Below, one piece after another: positions 47,713-59,300 of a stretch of 64,000 nucleotides of DNA. A program made the translations under genes and the position numbers. The stretch's first letter is position 1, and each line of letters opens with the position of its first letter. The stretch comes from Candidatus Binatia bacterium (lineage in GTDB: Bacteria > Desulfobacterota > Binatia > UBA9968 > JAJDTQ01), in contig OY762897.2 of assembly GCA_963666515.2 (NCBI GenBank), positions 2,336,001 to 2,400,000 on the forward strand, read 5' to 3'. Under the pieces are notes generated by a model. The model saw nothing but the letters and a program-made list of their open reading frames with translations, had not been told where the DNA came from and searched no databases.

Positions 47713-48702
47713 ATGCTCCGAAAATCAGCCGCGGCCTGGCTGGCCGCCATCATGCTGACCGCTTTGGCGGCGGCCACGGCCGCGGCCCCGCCCCTTGGCT
47801 TCCAGGCGGTGCCGCGGGACGCGTTCCCGGTGTTCGACGACCCCAGGATGCTGAGCGCCGCGGAAGCGGAAGAGAAACAGTTCGTCTTCGACCGGGACGT
47901 GATCATCGGCGTGGCCCACAACGGCGAGGCCAAGGCCTATCCGGTCACCATCATGGGCGTCCACGAGCTGGGCAACGACTCCATCGGAGGGGCGCCCATC
48001 GCGGTATCCTGGTGACCCCTGTGCCAGACGTCTATCGTGTATAGACGCACACTGGGCGACAGGGTGCTGAGCTTCGGGCACGCGGGCATTCTCTACGAGC
48101 AGTCGTTCGTCATGTACGACCGGGAAACCGGCTCGCTGTGGGTCCACGTCACGGGCGAGGCCGCGCACGGACCCCTCAAGGGCAAGCGCCTCGAATTCAT
48201 GCCGTCCACGGTGACCACCTGGGCCAACTGGAAGAAGAGCTATCCCCATACCACGGTGCTGCCGGGCTATCGCCGGGGCGGGTTCATGGGAACCTACGTC
48301 GGCCCCTTCCAGAGCGACATCCTCGGGCTTGCGGTGGTGGTGAAGCTCAAGGCCAAGCTCTACCCCTACGGAGTGCTCGCGCGGCAGAACCTGGTCAACG
48401 ACGAGTTCAACGGGGCCAAGGTGGTGGTGTACTATTCGCCGGCCGACGCCACCGGCACCGCCTGGCGCCGGGAGCTGGACGGACGGGTGCTGACGTTCGT
48501 GCAATCGGACCGCAAGGACGCCGGCGGCAACGCGCTGCTGCGCGACGAGGAGACCGGAAGCCTGTGGTCGTGGCTGCGCGGGGAAGCCGTGGCGGGGCCG
48601 CTCAAGGGACGGAAGCTCCGGCAACTGCTCTACAACCCCATCCTGAACGACCGCTTCGCCGCCTTCTATCCGGGCGCGCCCGTGTTCGAGACCGCGAACT
48701 AG
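47713..48702 (+). CDS. Exported DUF3179 family selenoprotein (UGA-encoded Sec at residue 101, UPLC)
   Basis: ORFs 47713..48015 and 48037..48702 are in one frame: VSW-TGA-PLCQTS; signal peptide; AKAYP, MYDRETGSLW, W+KSYPHTTVL. Confidence 0.85.
48024..48055 (+). promoter_or_regulatory. Putative bacterial SECIS hairpin
   Basis: CGTCTAT-cgtgt-ATAGACG (48029-48047) plus lower CCAG/CTGG pairing; loop starts 21 nt after UGA and contains GU. Confidence 0.75.
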
Positions 48703-48781
48703 TCTGCGGGACGAAATCGTTATATACCTTACGGAAAGCACATCCCTTCGACCACAGGGGACGAAAGGCATTCCGGGACCG

Positions 48782-49831
48782 GTGAGCGCGACTGGCGACT
48801 ATATCCGTGAAGCGCGGGAGCACAAGGGGCTGACGCTGGGGCAGGTGGCAGAGGCGACGCGCATCCCGCGCTACTACCTAGAGATCCTCGAAGGCGGCGG
48901 CGACGACCGCCTGGTTTCGGACCGTCTCTACATGGTCCACTTCCTCCGCACCTATGCCGCTTTCCTGGAGGTCGAGGAGGATGCCCTTGCGGCCCAGTTC
49001 GTTCGCGAGAACCGGCAACCGGAACCCGAGACGATCGTCCCTGTAAAACAACGCCGGTCATGGAAGGCTGCGGCCGCGGCTACGCTGACCGTGCTGCTGG
49101 CCATCGGGGTCGGCGCGTATCTCTACGACCCGGCGCTCGTCGGCATGGTCGGCGCGCCGGTGCAGCGCCTCGTGATGACGACCACTCCCGCACCGGTTCC
49201 GCCGGAAACGCCGGCACGACAGCCGTCGCCGGTCCCGGCCGCCCCGCCCCGGGTCGAAGATGCCGAAAGCTCCGTCTTGCAGCCCGAGGCCAACGAAACG
49301 GATCCATCCCAACCCAGGCTGGTGGCCGACCCTCCGGCGCCTCCGCCCGAGCCGCTGCCGGCGACCGCGCCGGACGCTCCGGTGTCACGAGACGGCCCTG
49401 CGTCCCCCACTGCCCGGAACGTTGCGGCGTTGCAAAACGGCGAAACCGCGGCGGGGAACCCGGCCGCGGGCGAACCTCGGCCGCGGCAGGACCCGGCGAC
49501 GGTGACCGGCGCCGCGGACACGCCGCCGGCACCCGAGGCGGCCGCGCTGTCCGGGCAGACGGACGCCTCCGTCACGGAAGCATCGGCAAACCACAGCCTT
49601 ACCATCTTCGCCGAGCAGAAGTCGTGGCTGAGGGTCTGGGTCGACGGCGAGCCGTACAAGGACATGCTCCTGTCCCCCGGAACGACGAGAACGCTGTCCG
49701 CGCAAACTCACTTCATCATCACTTTCGGCAACGCCGGGGGAGTGCGTCTTACCTTGAACGGGGAAGAGCTTCCCCCCGCGGGAACATCGGGACAGGTGGT
49801 CCGCGGCTTCAAGCTCCCTCCTGACCCATAG
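48782..49831 (+). CDS. rodZ: RodZ-like protein (HTH_25, TM, Pro-rich linker, DUF4115)
   Basis: GDYIREARE...TRI...LE.G, FLRTYA, single [23 protein letters not shown]. Confidence 0.8.
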   Translation: MSATGDYIREAREHKGLTLGQVAEATRIPRYYLEILEGGGDDRLVSDRLYMVHFLRTYAAFLEVEEDALAAQFVRENRQPEPETIVPVKQRRSWKAAAAATLTVLLAIGVGAYLYDPALVGMVGAPVQRLVMTTTPAPVPPETPARQPSPVPAAPPRVEDAESSVLQPEANETDPSQPRLVADPPAPPPEPLPATAPDAPVSRDGPASPTARNVAALQNGETAAGNPAAGEPRPRQDPATVTGAADTPPAPEAAALSGQTDASVTEASANHSLTIFAEQKSWLRVWVDGEPYKDMLLSPGTTRTLSAQTHFIITFGNAGGVRLTLNGEELPPAGTSGQVVRGFKLPPDP

Positions 49832-49841
49832 ACGGACGAAC

Positions 49842-50867
49842 ATGATCGACCTGCGTTCCGACACCGTTACCACACCGACGCCGGAGATGCTCCGGGCCAT
49901 GACCGCGGCCGAAGTGGGCGACGACGTCTACGGCGAAGACCCCAGCATCAACCGCCTGGAGGAAGAGGTGGCCGGGCTCCTGGGCAAGGAAGCCGCGGTC
50001 TTCACGCCCTCCGGGTCCATGGCCAACCAGATCGCGCTCCTGCTCCACACCAGGCCCGGCGACTCGGTGCTGTGCGAGGAAGGCTCCCATTCCTTCGCCT
50101 ACGAAGCCGGCGCCGGCGCCGCCCTCTCGGGCGTGCAGTTCGACCTCATCCCGTTCAGCGAGAAGTTGTCCGACGAAGCCATCCGGGGCAGGTTCCGGGC
50201 CGACGGACTCCATGAATCGCCGTCCACCCTGATCCTGGTGGAGAACACCCACAACCGCGGGCGCGGGCGCGCGCTGCCGGTGCGGGAGACCCGACGGATC
50301 GTCGCCACCGCCCACGGTCTCGGGCTCAAGGCGCACTGCGACGGCGCCAGGCTCTGGAACGCCGCGGCCGCCACCGGCGACTCCGAGCGCGAGCTTGCCG
50401 CCGGCTTCGACACGGTGTCCGTCTGCTTCTCGAAGGGGCTGGGGGCGCCGGTGGGCTCCGCCCTGGCCGGCGGCCGGGACGATGTCGCGCGGGCGCGCAA
50501 GCTCCGCAAGCGCCTGGGCGGCGGCATGCGCCAGGCGGGGTTCCTCGCCGCCGCGGCGCTCCATGCCGTGCGGCAGCACCGCGGGCGCCTCCCGGAGGAC
50601 CACCGGCGCGCCGTCACGCTGGCCGAGGGACTGAAGGAACTCGTCCAGGACGGGCGTCCGCTGGAGGTCGACGTCCCGGACCCGACCACCAACATGGTCT
50701 ATTGGCGCGTGACCGACGGCCAGGAGACGGTGGAACGGTTGCGGCGCAAGGGCGTGCTGATGAACCACGTGGGAAACGGCTGGATCCGCGCGGTCACCCA
50801 TCTCCAGATCTCCGACGCGGACATCCACGACGCGGTGCTCCGAATCCGCGAAGCGCTGTTGGAATAG
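49842..50867 (+). CDS. ltaE: Low-specificity L-threonine aldolase
   Basis: [45 protein letters not shown]. Confidence 0.93.
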   Translation: MIDLRSDTVTTPTPEMLRAMTAAEVGDDVYGEDPSINRLEEEVAGLLGKEAAVFTPSGSMANQIALLLHTRPGDSVLCEEGSHSFAYEAGAGAALSGVQFDLIPFSEKLSDEAIRGRFRADGLHESPSTLILVENTHNRGRGRALPVRETRRIVATAHGLGLKAHCDGARLWNAAAATGDSERELAAGFDTVSVCFSKGLGAPVGSALAGGRDDVARARKLRKRLGGGMRQAGFLAAAALHAVRQHRGRLPEDHRRAVTLAEGLKELVQDGRPLEVDVPDPTTNMVYWRVTDGQETVERLRRKGVLMNHVGNGWIRAVTHLQISDADIHDAVLRIREALLE

Positions 50868-50911
50868 AGGCCAGGAGACCCCAGCGCCAACCCCGTTCTC
50901 TGGACCCGGAC

Positions 50912-52066
50912 ATGCGACCCGAAGACGCGCGATACGTCATCATAGGCGCCGGTTTCGCCGGCGCCGCCACCGCCTGCCACCTGGCCTTCCGGGGCGCGCG
51001 GCAGATGGTGATCCTGGAACAGGAAGCCGTGGCCGGGTTCCACTCGTCGGGCCGCAACGCGGGTTTCATAAGGCAGGTGCTGTCCGAGCCCTCGGTAGCG
51101 GACCTGGCGGCGAAGTCCGCCGAGTTCATCCGCAACCCGCCGCAGGGCTGGCCCGTGCCGGTCTCGTACGACGCCATCGGGTGCCTGATCCTCGGCCGCG
51201 GCGCGCAGTGGGAGGCGTTGTGCCGGGATACGGAGCTGGCGCGAGAGCGCGGCCTCGCGGTCGAGTTGTGGTCGCCCGAACGGACCGTGGCAGCCATGCC
51301 GCTCATCGAAGGCGGCAGCCTCGACGGCGCCGTATGGTGCGCCTCGGACGGCGTCATCGACATCAACGCCCTCTTGTCGGGGTATCTCAAGACGGCACAG
51401 AACGGCGGCGCCGTGATCCGTTACGGCGAGACCGTGCGCGAGGTGCAGGTGCGCGGCGGACGCACGCGGGGAGTCGCCACGGAACAGGGCTTCTTCGAGG
51501 CCGACGTGGTGGTGAACGCGGCCGGACCGTGGGCCGGACCGGTCGGGACCATGGCCGGAGCGGCGCCCGTCGCGTTCTACCCGCGGCGGCGGCACCTGTT
51601 CGTGACTCCGCCGCTCGACTGGGTCAAGCCCGACTGGCCCTTCATCCTCAACGTCTCGGACGAAGTCTACTTCCAACCCAGCTCCGGCGGACTCATGCTG
51701 TGCCCGTGCGACGAGGAGGATCTGCCGCCCTGCGACCCGCCGACGGACGTGCGCGCCATGGAGCTTCTGGCCGAGAGGCTGGCGGCGGCCTACCCCGCCT
51801 TCCCCGACGTCTCCATCGCCCGTTACTGGGCCGGCCTGCGGACGTTCACGGACGACAACCGCTTCGTCATCGGCTGGGACCCCGAGGTGGAGGGATTCTT
51901 CTGGGTGGCGGGCCTCGCCGGCCACGGCGTCACCACCAGCGCCGCGGTGGGCTCTCTGGCCGCCGGCCTTCTCTTCGGCGCAGACCCGGACCCGAACTTC
52001 TCGCCCGCGCGTTTCGGTTCGACTACGAACCCAGGAGGCCGTGGCGGTCCAGGAACTCGCGCATGA
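50912..52066 (+). CDS. FAD-dependent oxidoreductase (DAO/sarcosine oxidase-like)
   Basis: IIGAGFAG, SSGRNAG, VNAAGPWA, WAGLRT, GHG; 3' end overlaps convergent hydrolase. Confidence 0.9.
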   Translation: MRPEDARYVIIGAGFAGAATACHLAFRGARQMVILEQEAVAGFHSSGRNAGFIRQVLSEPSVADLAAKSAEFIRNPPQGWPVPVSYDAIGCLILGRGAQWEALCRDTELARERGLAVELWSPERTVAAMPLIEGGSLDGAVWCASDGVIDINALLSGYLKTAQNGGAVIRYGETVREVQVRGGRTRGVATEQGFFEADVVVNAAGPWAGPVGTMAGAAPVAFYPRRRHLFVTPPLDWVKPDWPFILNVSDEVYFQPSSGGLMLCPCDEEDLPPCDPPTDVRAMELLAERLAAAYPAFPDVSIARYWAGLRTFTDDNRFVIGWDPEVEGFFWVAGLAGHGVTTSAAVGSLAAGLLFGADPDPNFSPARFGSTTNPGGRGGPGTRA

Positions 52067-52955
52067 TCGCGACGCAGCTCTCCGGTTGTTCGAGCTGCAG
52101 GAAGTGCGTCGTTTCCGGCACGAAATCGTAGTCCACGGTCAGCATGTGGCTCAGGTCCAGCGTCGGCAAGTAGGAAAACGGCAGGGTGGGGTCGGCGCCG
52201 ATGACCTTCGTGGGACAACGGAGCTTGTCGAAGTCCACCATGACGGCGAAGAGCGCGGCGTATTCGATGACCTGTGCTTCGTAGTCACGCGGACACCGGA
52301 GATCATAGCCGTGACCGTCGGCGGACTCCCGCAGCGTCGTCCGTGCGACGAGGTCGCGCACGCCGGGAACGGCCCGCTGATACGTCGGCATGTAGAGCAG
52401 CAGGTCGGCGAACTCTTCCAGGCTCTCGAACCGCGGCGTTCGCCGCCGGGCCATGGCCGCCACCCGCTCGGCCGCGGCATCGAATTCCCGGTCGTTCAGC
52501 CCGCGCTTGCACACGGGCGGATCGAACAGGACCCGGGCCGCAAACTCGCGGCCCAGATTCGACGACACGAGGGTGGTCAGCGCCGAGACGGAATGGAAGA
52601 CGCCGATCTTGGGTTTGTCTCCGTAGTGGTCGTCGATGGCCTCGAGAACCACGTCGTGGTCGCGGACGAACCTTGCGACGTTGTGGCCTTCCGACCGGCC
52701 GACCGGGTTCCACCCGTGGTTTCTCAGGTCGTAGACGACCAGGTCGAAATCATCGACCAGCAGCGACCAGAAAGGGTAGTAGAGATCGATGGCGAGACCG
52801 TTGCCGTGGCACATGACGAGCCGCGGGCCCGCCGGGTTGCCGTGACGCCGCAGGACGATGACCGTGTCATCGTCCACGCGGACGTCACAGGTGGAAAGCG
52901 GGTCGGGTACTTCCCACACGGTTTCCCGATCGGCCTTAACCGGAGTGGGAATCAA
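52023..52955 (-). CDS. Alpha/beta hydrolase of sup-type PKS cluster
   Basis: HGNG, YDLRNHG, FHSVS nucleophile elbow, THFLQLE; overlaps ACP stop. Confidence 0.85.
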   Translation of the reverse strand: MIPTPVKADRETVWEVPDPLSTCDVRVDDDTVIVLRRHGNPAGPRLVMCHGNGLAIDLYYPFWSLLVDDFDLVVYDLRNHGWNPVGRSEGHNVARFVRDHDVVLEAIDDHYGDKPKIGVFHSVSALTTLVSSNLGREFAARVLFDPPVCKRGLNDREFDAAAERVAAMARRRTPRFESLEEFADLLLYMPTYQRAVPGVRDLVARTTLRESADGHGYDLRCPRDYEAQVIEYAALFAVMVDFDKLRCPTKVIGADPTLPFSYLPTLDLSHMLTVDYDFVPETTHFLQLEQPESCVAIMREFLDRHGLLGS

Positions 52956-53160
52956 CGTACGCGATCAGGTCGCCGATGGTGTTGAACTTCGCGACTTCTT
53001 CGGGAGGAATCGTGACGTTGAACTCCTCGCCCACGACCTTGATGAAAGCCACCGCATCCATGGATGACACACCCGAATCGGCGACGCTGGCCGCGGGATT
53101 CGCGGGGCGACCCAACTGTTCCTGGAAAAGCTGCTTGATACGGTCTTCACTCGATGCCAT
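52936..53160 (-). CDS. supB: Stand-alone acyl carrier protein (SupB-like)
   Basis: 74 aa acidic, DSGVSSMD Ppant motif, TIGDLIAYV. Confidence 0.85.
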   Translation of the reverse strand: MASSEDRIKQLFQEQLGRPANPAASVADSGVSSMDAVAFIKVVGEEFNVTIPPEEVAKFNTIGDLIAYVDSHSG

Positions 53161-53324
53161 CTGTCTTCCCCTTTCGGTAAGCGGCCTGCGTAGCACGCAG
53201 GCCGATTTGACGGAACTCGCGTTCCGCGCGCCGCAAGATCAGCCCAATATAATGCCTTGCGCGGTCATTTCAAACCGCCGCGCCGGGCTTCCTCGCTCCC
53301 GCGAACGCCCATCGACTGACTGCT

Positions 53325-56300
53325 TCACTTTGGCGCCCGTTCAGGCGCCTCGATCCAGTATTGGCGGCGCTCGAACGGATAGCCGGGCAGCGAGATCCGG
53401 CGACGGTTCTCTCCAGCGAAGAGGCCGGAAAAGGACACCTCCAGCCCTGCCTCGTAGGCGCCGGCTACCGCTTCGACAAAGCCGTTTTCCGAGGGTGCGT
53501 CGCGCCGGAGACTCGACAGCACCAACGGCGCCCCGCGGTTCCCGTCCGCATCCGCCCGGTCCGGCCGCGCCCCTGCCATCGCCGGACCCGGCACACCGAT
53601 CTCCACCACCACGTCCACGTCCATCGCCGCGAGCATACTGACGCTTTCGGCGAACGCCGCGGACTCCCGCGGTTGCCGGGTCCAGTATGCCTTGTCGAGC
53701 ACGTCACCCGACTCCATGACGCGCCCGGTCACGCCGCTCAACAGGACCAGGGACGGCGGCGCCAACGTGACGCCGGCGAGAACCGCTTCCAAGCCGTCCT
53801 GGCCCGATTCCGGGCCTCCGCTCGCGGACGGCGACGCCGACAGCGCGTCCCGGGCCGCGGCCAAACGCAACCCTTCTTCCAGGCCGAACACTCCGGCCGC
53901 CTGCGCCGCGGCAAGCTCTCCCAGGTCACGGCCCATGGCCACGCTCGGGCGAATCCCGATGCTCGACCACAGCGCCGTCAACGCGCATTCGAGCGCGTAG
54001 ACCGCCGGCTGCATCCACGCCGTGTCATCCGTCGCCCCTTTCCCATCCGCCGCGCCGAACATGACATCCAGCAACGACCCGTCCCGCTCCCGCCGGACAG
54101 CGGCGTCGCACTGATCCAGGACCGCCCGGACCACCGGCTCGCTTTCGTACAGCGCCCGGCCCATGCCGGCCCACTCGCCGTCCCGGCCGCCGTACACGAA
54201 AGCCACCTTCGTCGCCGTCACCGGCTTCGCCTCGCCGCTCCCGTCCGCCAGACTCCTCAGCCCCTCCCGAAGCGATGCGGCGTCGCGGAACACGAGCGCC
54301 TTGCGGCACTCGAAATGGCTCCGCCCCACACCCGCGGTCCACGCCATGTCCGAAAGCAGGGGTTCCGACGCGGTATCTTCTGAAGAAAGCTCGCCGCCGC
54401 GCTCGTCCAGCCACGAAAGGTACCGCCGCGCCGAGTCCCGGAGCGCGCCATCGGTCTTTCCCGACAGCGGCAACAACCGCGAGGTGCGCCCTTCATCCGG
54501 CGCCCCGGACCCCTCGCCCGGACCCCGAAATCCCTCCACCACGACGTGTGCGTTGGTCCCGGAGATCCCGAACGCGCTGACCGCCGCCAACCGCGGCCGA
54601 TCGCGGCCGGCAGGCCACTCCACCGCCTCCGACGTCACGCGCACCGGGAGCCGCTGCCAGTCCACGTTCGGATTCGGGTCGTCGAAGTGAAGGTGCCTCG
54701 GGATCACGCCTCGCTTCATCGCCAGCACCGTCTTGATCAGGCCCGCGACCCCGGCGGCAGGCTCCAGGTGGCCGATGTTCGTCTTTACCGAGCCGATCAG
54801 GAGCGGTCGGTCCGCTTTGCGGCCCCTGCCGTAGACCGCGGCCGCCGCCTGGACCTCGATGGTGTCGCCCAGCTCCGACCCCGCCCCATGGGCTTCCAGA
54901 TAGTCCACGTCGCAGGGCGCCACGCCCGCCCGCGACAGCGCCTCTTCGATCACCCGCTCCTGTGCCGGACCGTTGGGCACCGTCGGCCCCGCGCTCGCAC
55001 CGTTCTGGTTCACCGCCGAACCGCGGATGACGCCCCAGATGCGATCGCCGTCCGCCGCCGCGTCGCCGAGCCGCTTGAGCACCACGATTCCGCAGCCCTC
55101 GCCCCGCACGAAGCCGTCCGCGGCGGCGTCGAAGGCCCTGCACTGACCGCCCCGCGACAACATCCCGAGGTCGGCCATCTCTTGGGTTATTCCCGGCGAC
55201 AGGACCGCGGCCACGCCGCCCACCAGAGCCATGTCCACTTCGCCCTGGTGCAAACCGGCGACGGCGTGATGCACCGCCACCAGCGACGACGCACAGTTTA
55301 GCTCCACCGGCATCGTCGGCCCTTCCAATCCCAGTTGAAAGGCTACCCGCCCGACCGCCATGCTCGCGGCCGTGCCCAGGTAGCTCACGCCGTGAGCGCC
55401 GGCCGTCATCAGGTCCCGGTACTCGCTGGTGCCGATTCCGGCGTAGACCCCGGTGCGGCTGCCTCTCAACCGGTCCGGGTTCATCCCGGCGTCCTCAAGG
55501 GCCTGCCAGGCCGTCTCCAGCATCATGCGTTGCCGGGGATCCATCAGGCGCGCCGCGATCGGCGTAATACGAAAGAAATCCGCGTCGAACCTGTCGATCC
55601 CTTCCACGAAGCCGCCCCGGGCGTAAGCCTCATACTCGGGAGGGAGGCCCTTGACGAGATCGTCCGAGGAGCCGGCATCCCGGCGCCGGTCCGTCACGGC
55701 GTTCTCGCCCGCTTCGAGCTGGCGCCAGAAGGCTGCAAGGTCCGGGGCGCCGGGCAGACGGCAGGCCATGCCGACGATGGCGATGCCGCCGTCCTCGCGG
55801 CGCGCTGCCGGCCGCGCCTCTGCCGGTATCTCCGGCTGTGCCTCTGCCCGTGTGTCCGGCTGTGCCTGCGGGACGGGCGCGCTGCCGACCTCGCCGAGCT
55901 CCCCCACCAGATGCCGGGCCAGAGTGGCGATGTCCGGGTAGTCGAACACCGCGGTGTTGGACACCGTGTACACGTCCGCCAACGCCCGGTTCAGCCGGTT
56001 CCGCAGCTCCACCGCCATCAGCGAATCCATCCCCAGGTCGAAGAACCCCACCGTGGGCGCCGGTGTTGCCGGCAGCCTCAGCACCGCCCGGACCTCCTGC
56101 TGCAGGAAAGACACGAGCAGCTCCTCGCGCGACCCCGCGGGTGTCCCCCGCAGTTGGGATAGCAGGTCGCCCGAAGGGGCCTCGGTACCGGCATCGTCCT
56201 CGACGGCCGTGGACAGCAGGTCCTCCAGAAAAAGCGGACGGTCGTCGGCCGCCTCTTCGAACATCGCCCAGTCCATCGCCATCACCACCGAGGTGGTTGC

Positions 56301-59300
56301 ATCCTGCCGCACCAACTGGTCCAACGCCCGGAGACCCTGCTGCGGGGTGAACCAGCGCCCGCCCAGGGCCGTCCGTTGCCGGTCGATGCGTTCCCGCTGT
56401 TCCGCGGCCTCGCCGATCTCGGACCACGCCCCCCAGGCAATGCTCTGTCCCGGCAGCCCCAGCGCCCGGCGATGGCCGGCGAGCTGGTCCAGAAAGGCAT
56501 TGGCCGAAGCGTGGTTGGCCTGGCCCGGATTGCCCATGACGCCGACCCGGCTCGAGAAGAGGATGAAGAACTCCAGCTCGCGGTCCGCGGTCGCGCGGTG
56601 CAGGTGCCAGCCGCCCAACACTTTCGGCCACAGCACCGTCTCGAACCGATCCCAGCTCTGGTTGGTGAGGGCGCCGTCCGACAACACGCCGACGCTGTGG
56701 ATCACGCCGCCGAGGGGCGGCAGTTCTCCATCGATCCGCGCCAGCATCCCGTCCACCGCGGCCGCGTCGGTAACGTCCGCCAGCTCCACCTGAACCGTCA
56801 CCCCGCGTTCCCTCAGAGCGCCGATGGCCTCTTCGGCCGCGTCGTCGGGAGCGCGGCGCCCGTTGAGGACGATGGTCCCCGCTCCGCGGTCCGCCAGCCA
56901 ACCGGCCACGGCGCACCCGATGCCGCCCAGACCGCCGGTCACCAGGTAGGTCCGGTCCTGCCGCAACCGGCCCCTCGCCAGCGGCGACGCGGTGACGACG
57001 ATCTTGCCGAGGTGGCGCGCCGAGCGCATGAAGCTCAACGCCGCCCCTACTTCCGCCAGCGGCCACCGGCTGTGGATGACGGGTTCCAGCTCCCCCGCCA
57101 CCAGGCGCTCCATCACCCCCCGCAGCACCCTTCCCACCCACGCCGGGTCGGTCTTCTTGAGAACGTCCAGCTCCAGGATCAGGTAGGCCACGTCGGGACG
57201 CGCCGCCGCCATCTCGCCCGCGCTCAGGATGTCGCGTCTGGCCAGCTCCACGAACCGGCCGCCGTGCGCCAGACATGACAGGCTGGCGTCGATGAAGCCC
57301 TCTCCCGTCAGGCTGTTCAGCACCACGTCCACGCCCGCGCCGTCCGTGTCCTCGATGATCTCTTTCCCGAACGCCGTCCGGCGGCTGTCGTAGATGTGCT
57401 CCACTCCCAGCGACCGGAGATACGCCTGCTTCGGCGCGCTGGCGGTGGCGAAGACCTCGGCTCCGGCCGCCTGCGCCAACTGGATCGCCGCCAACCCCAC
57501 GCCCCCGGCGCCGGCGTGAATGAGCACGCGGTCGCCGGCTTCCAGCCCGGTGAACTCGTACGACAGCGCCGCGGACACGAACGCGCTCGGCACCGTGGCG
57601 AGCCCGGTCACCGGAATCCCCGGCGGCGCCGGCGCCACCAGCTCCTCGTGGGTGATCATTTCCGCGGCGAACGCGCCGAACCCCAGTCCGACCACGGGGT
57701 CGCCGGCCGACACGGTCGAGACCTCCGAACCCACGTCGACCACCTGCCCGCACATCTCCCTGCCCAGGTTCCCCTCCTCGATGAAGCCCAGCGAACGGAA
57801 CACGTCCCAGAAGTTGAGCCCGGCGGCATCCACCGCGACGCGGACTTCCCTGGGCTCCAGGGGACGCGCCGGCAGCGGCATGACGTACGGTTTCTCGAAC
57901 ACGCCGGCCGGATCGGGGGCCAGCGCCCAGTCCGGCTCCTCCGGCAGGGTCAACCGCTCTACCCCCTCCCCGGCTCGCACCAGGCGCGCCACGCGCCGGC
58001 GTCCGGAGCGGTAGGCGATGTGATTTTCCGGGTCAGGGTACAGCAGCTCATCGACGAGGTCCGGCGCGGCCGCCGTCGTCCCCGGGTCCAGATCGATCAT
58101 CCTGGGCTGCAAGTGCGCCGCTTCCCGCGCCACCGCCTTGCCGAAACCCCAGAGGGTGGCGCCGGCAAGCTCGCCGCCGCGCTCCCGTTCCAGGACCTGC
58201 GCGCCGCGCGTCACGAACCACATGCCCTTGGCCGGCGTCAGGTCGGAATCGGCAACCGCCTGCGTCAGCGCCAGCGCGCTGGCCCCGGCGCGTCTCACGT
58301 CTTCGGCGATCTCCGCGGTCGCAGCCTCGGCCCCGTGACCGTCCAGCCCGGCCAGGTGCACCACCCCGTTGAACGGTATGTCTTGAGGCAAGCCCTCCAC
58401 CAGCGATCGCCACGCCTCGCGATCCTCTGCACCCACGGCCGTCCTGAAGACACCCGGCCCGCGGATCTCCGGGCTTTCCGGCGCTCCGCCGTCCGCCAGC
58501 ACGACCGTCTGGTTCCGCGCCGCCAGCTCGGTTGCCAGGCCGGCCGCCACCTCCCCGTGGTCCGCTGCCAGAACCCACGCGCCAGCCGGTTCGGTCACCT
58601 GCGCCGGACCCTGCGCCACGATGACGCCCTTGTCCGGCATCCGGTCCGTCTCGGACTCGTCCGGCCCCAGGACTTCCGCTCCCGTGAAGCCGGCGTCGCC
58701 GAGCGCCCGGCGCCACACCGCGGGGTTCGCCAGGGCGTGATGCGGGCGGTAGTCGTCGGCGAACCGCCACCACCCATCCAACTGTCCGAAGGTGAGGTCC
58801 ATCCAGCCCAGGCCGCTCAGGTTCTCCAGCGCGATCAGGTGTCCCGACGGCGCCAGCAGGTCCCGGCAGTGGCCCAGCGTCTCCTGCAGGTACCGGGTCG
58901 CGTGCAGCACGTTGGACGCGAGCAGCAGGTCGTAGCCGTGGGACTCGAAACCCTGGGCGACGGGGTCCTTCTCGATGTCCAGCGGACGGTACTCGATGCC
59001 GTCATTGCCGAAGCGCGCTTCCGCTTCCGCGAAGAAGCCCGCGGAGATATCCGTGTAGGTGTAGTCGAACCGCCCTTCCGGCAGTTCCGGCAGCACGGAC
59101 GCGGTGGCCGATCCCGTGCCCGCTCCCACCTCCAGCACCCGCAGGCGCCGCCCCTCGGGCAACCGGGCCACCAATGCCTGGACCGCGTCCGCCAGCATCC
59201 GGTTCGCTGCGCGCGCCACCGGCGCCTTGAGATACAGGTCGGCCGCGGTGGGCTCTCCGCTGCTGAACAGGAGGGTCAGCGGATCGGCGCCGCCGCGGAG

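Noticed and set aside
52023-52066. 44-nt convergent overlap of oxidoreductase and hydrolase
   Set aside because: Short 3' overlaps are common; no further signal
55810-55870. AQPDTRAE/AQPEIPAE mini-repeat in PKS
   Set aside because: Ordinary ACP-KS linker variation
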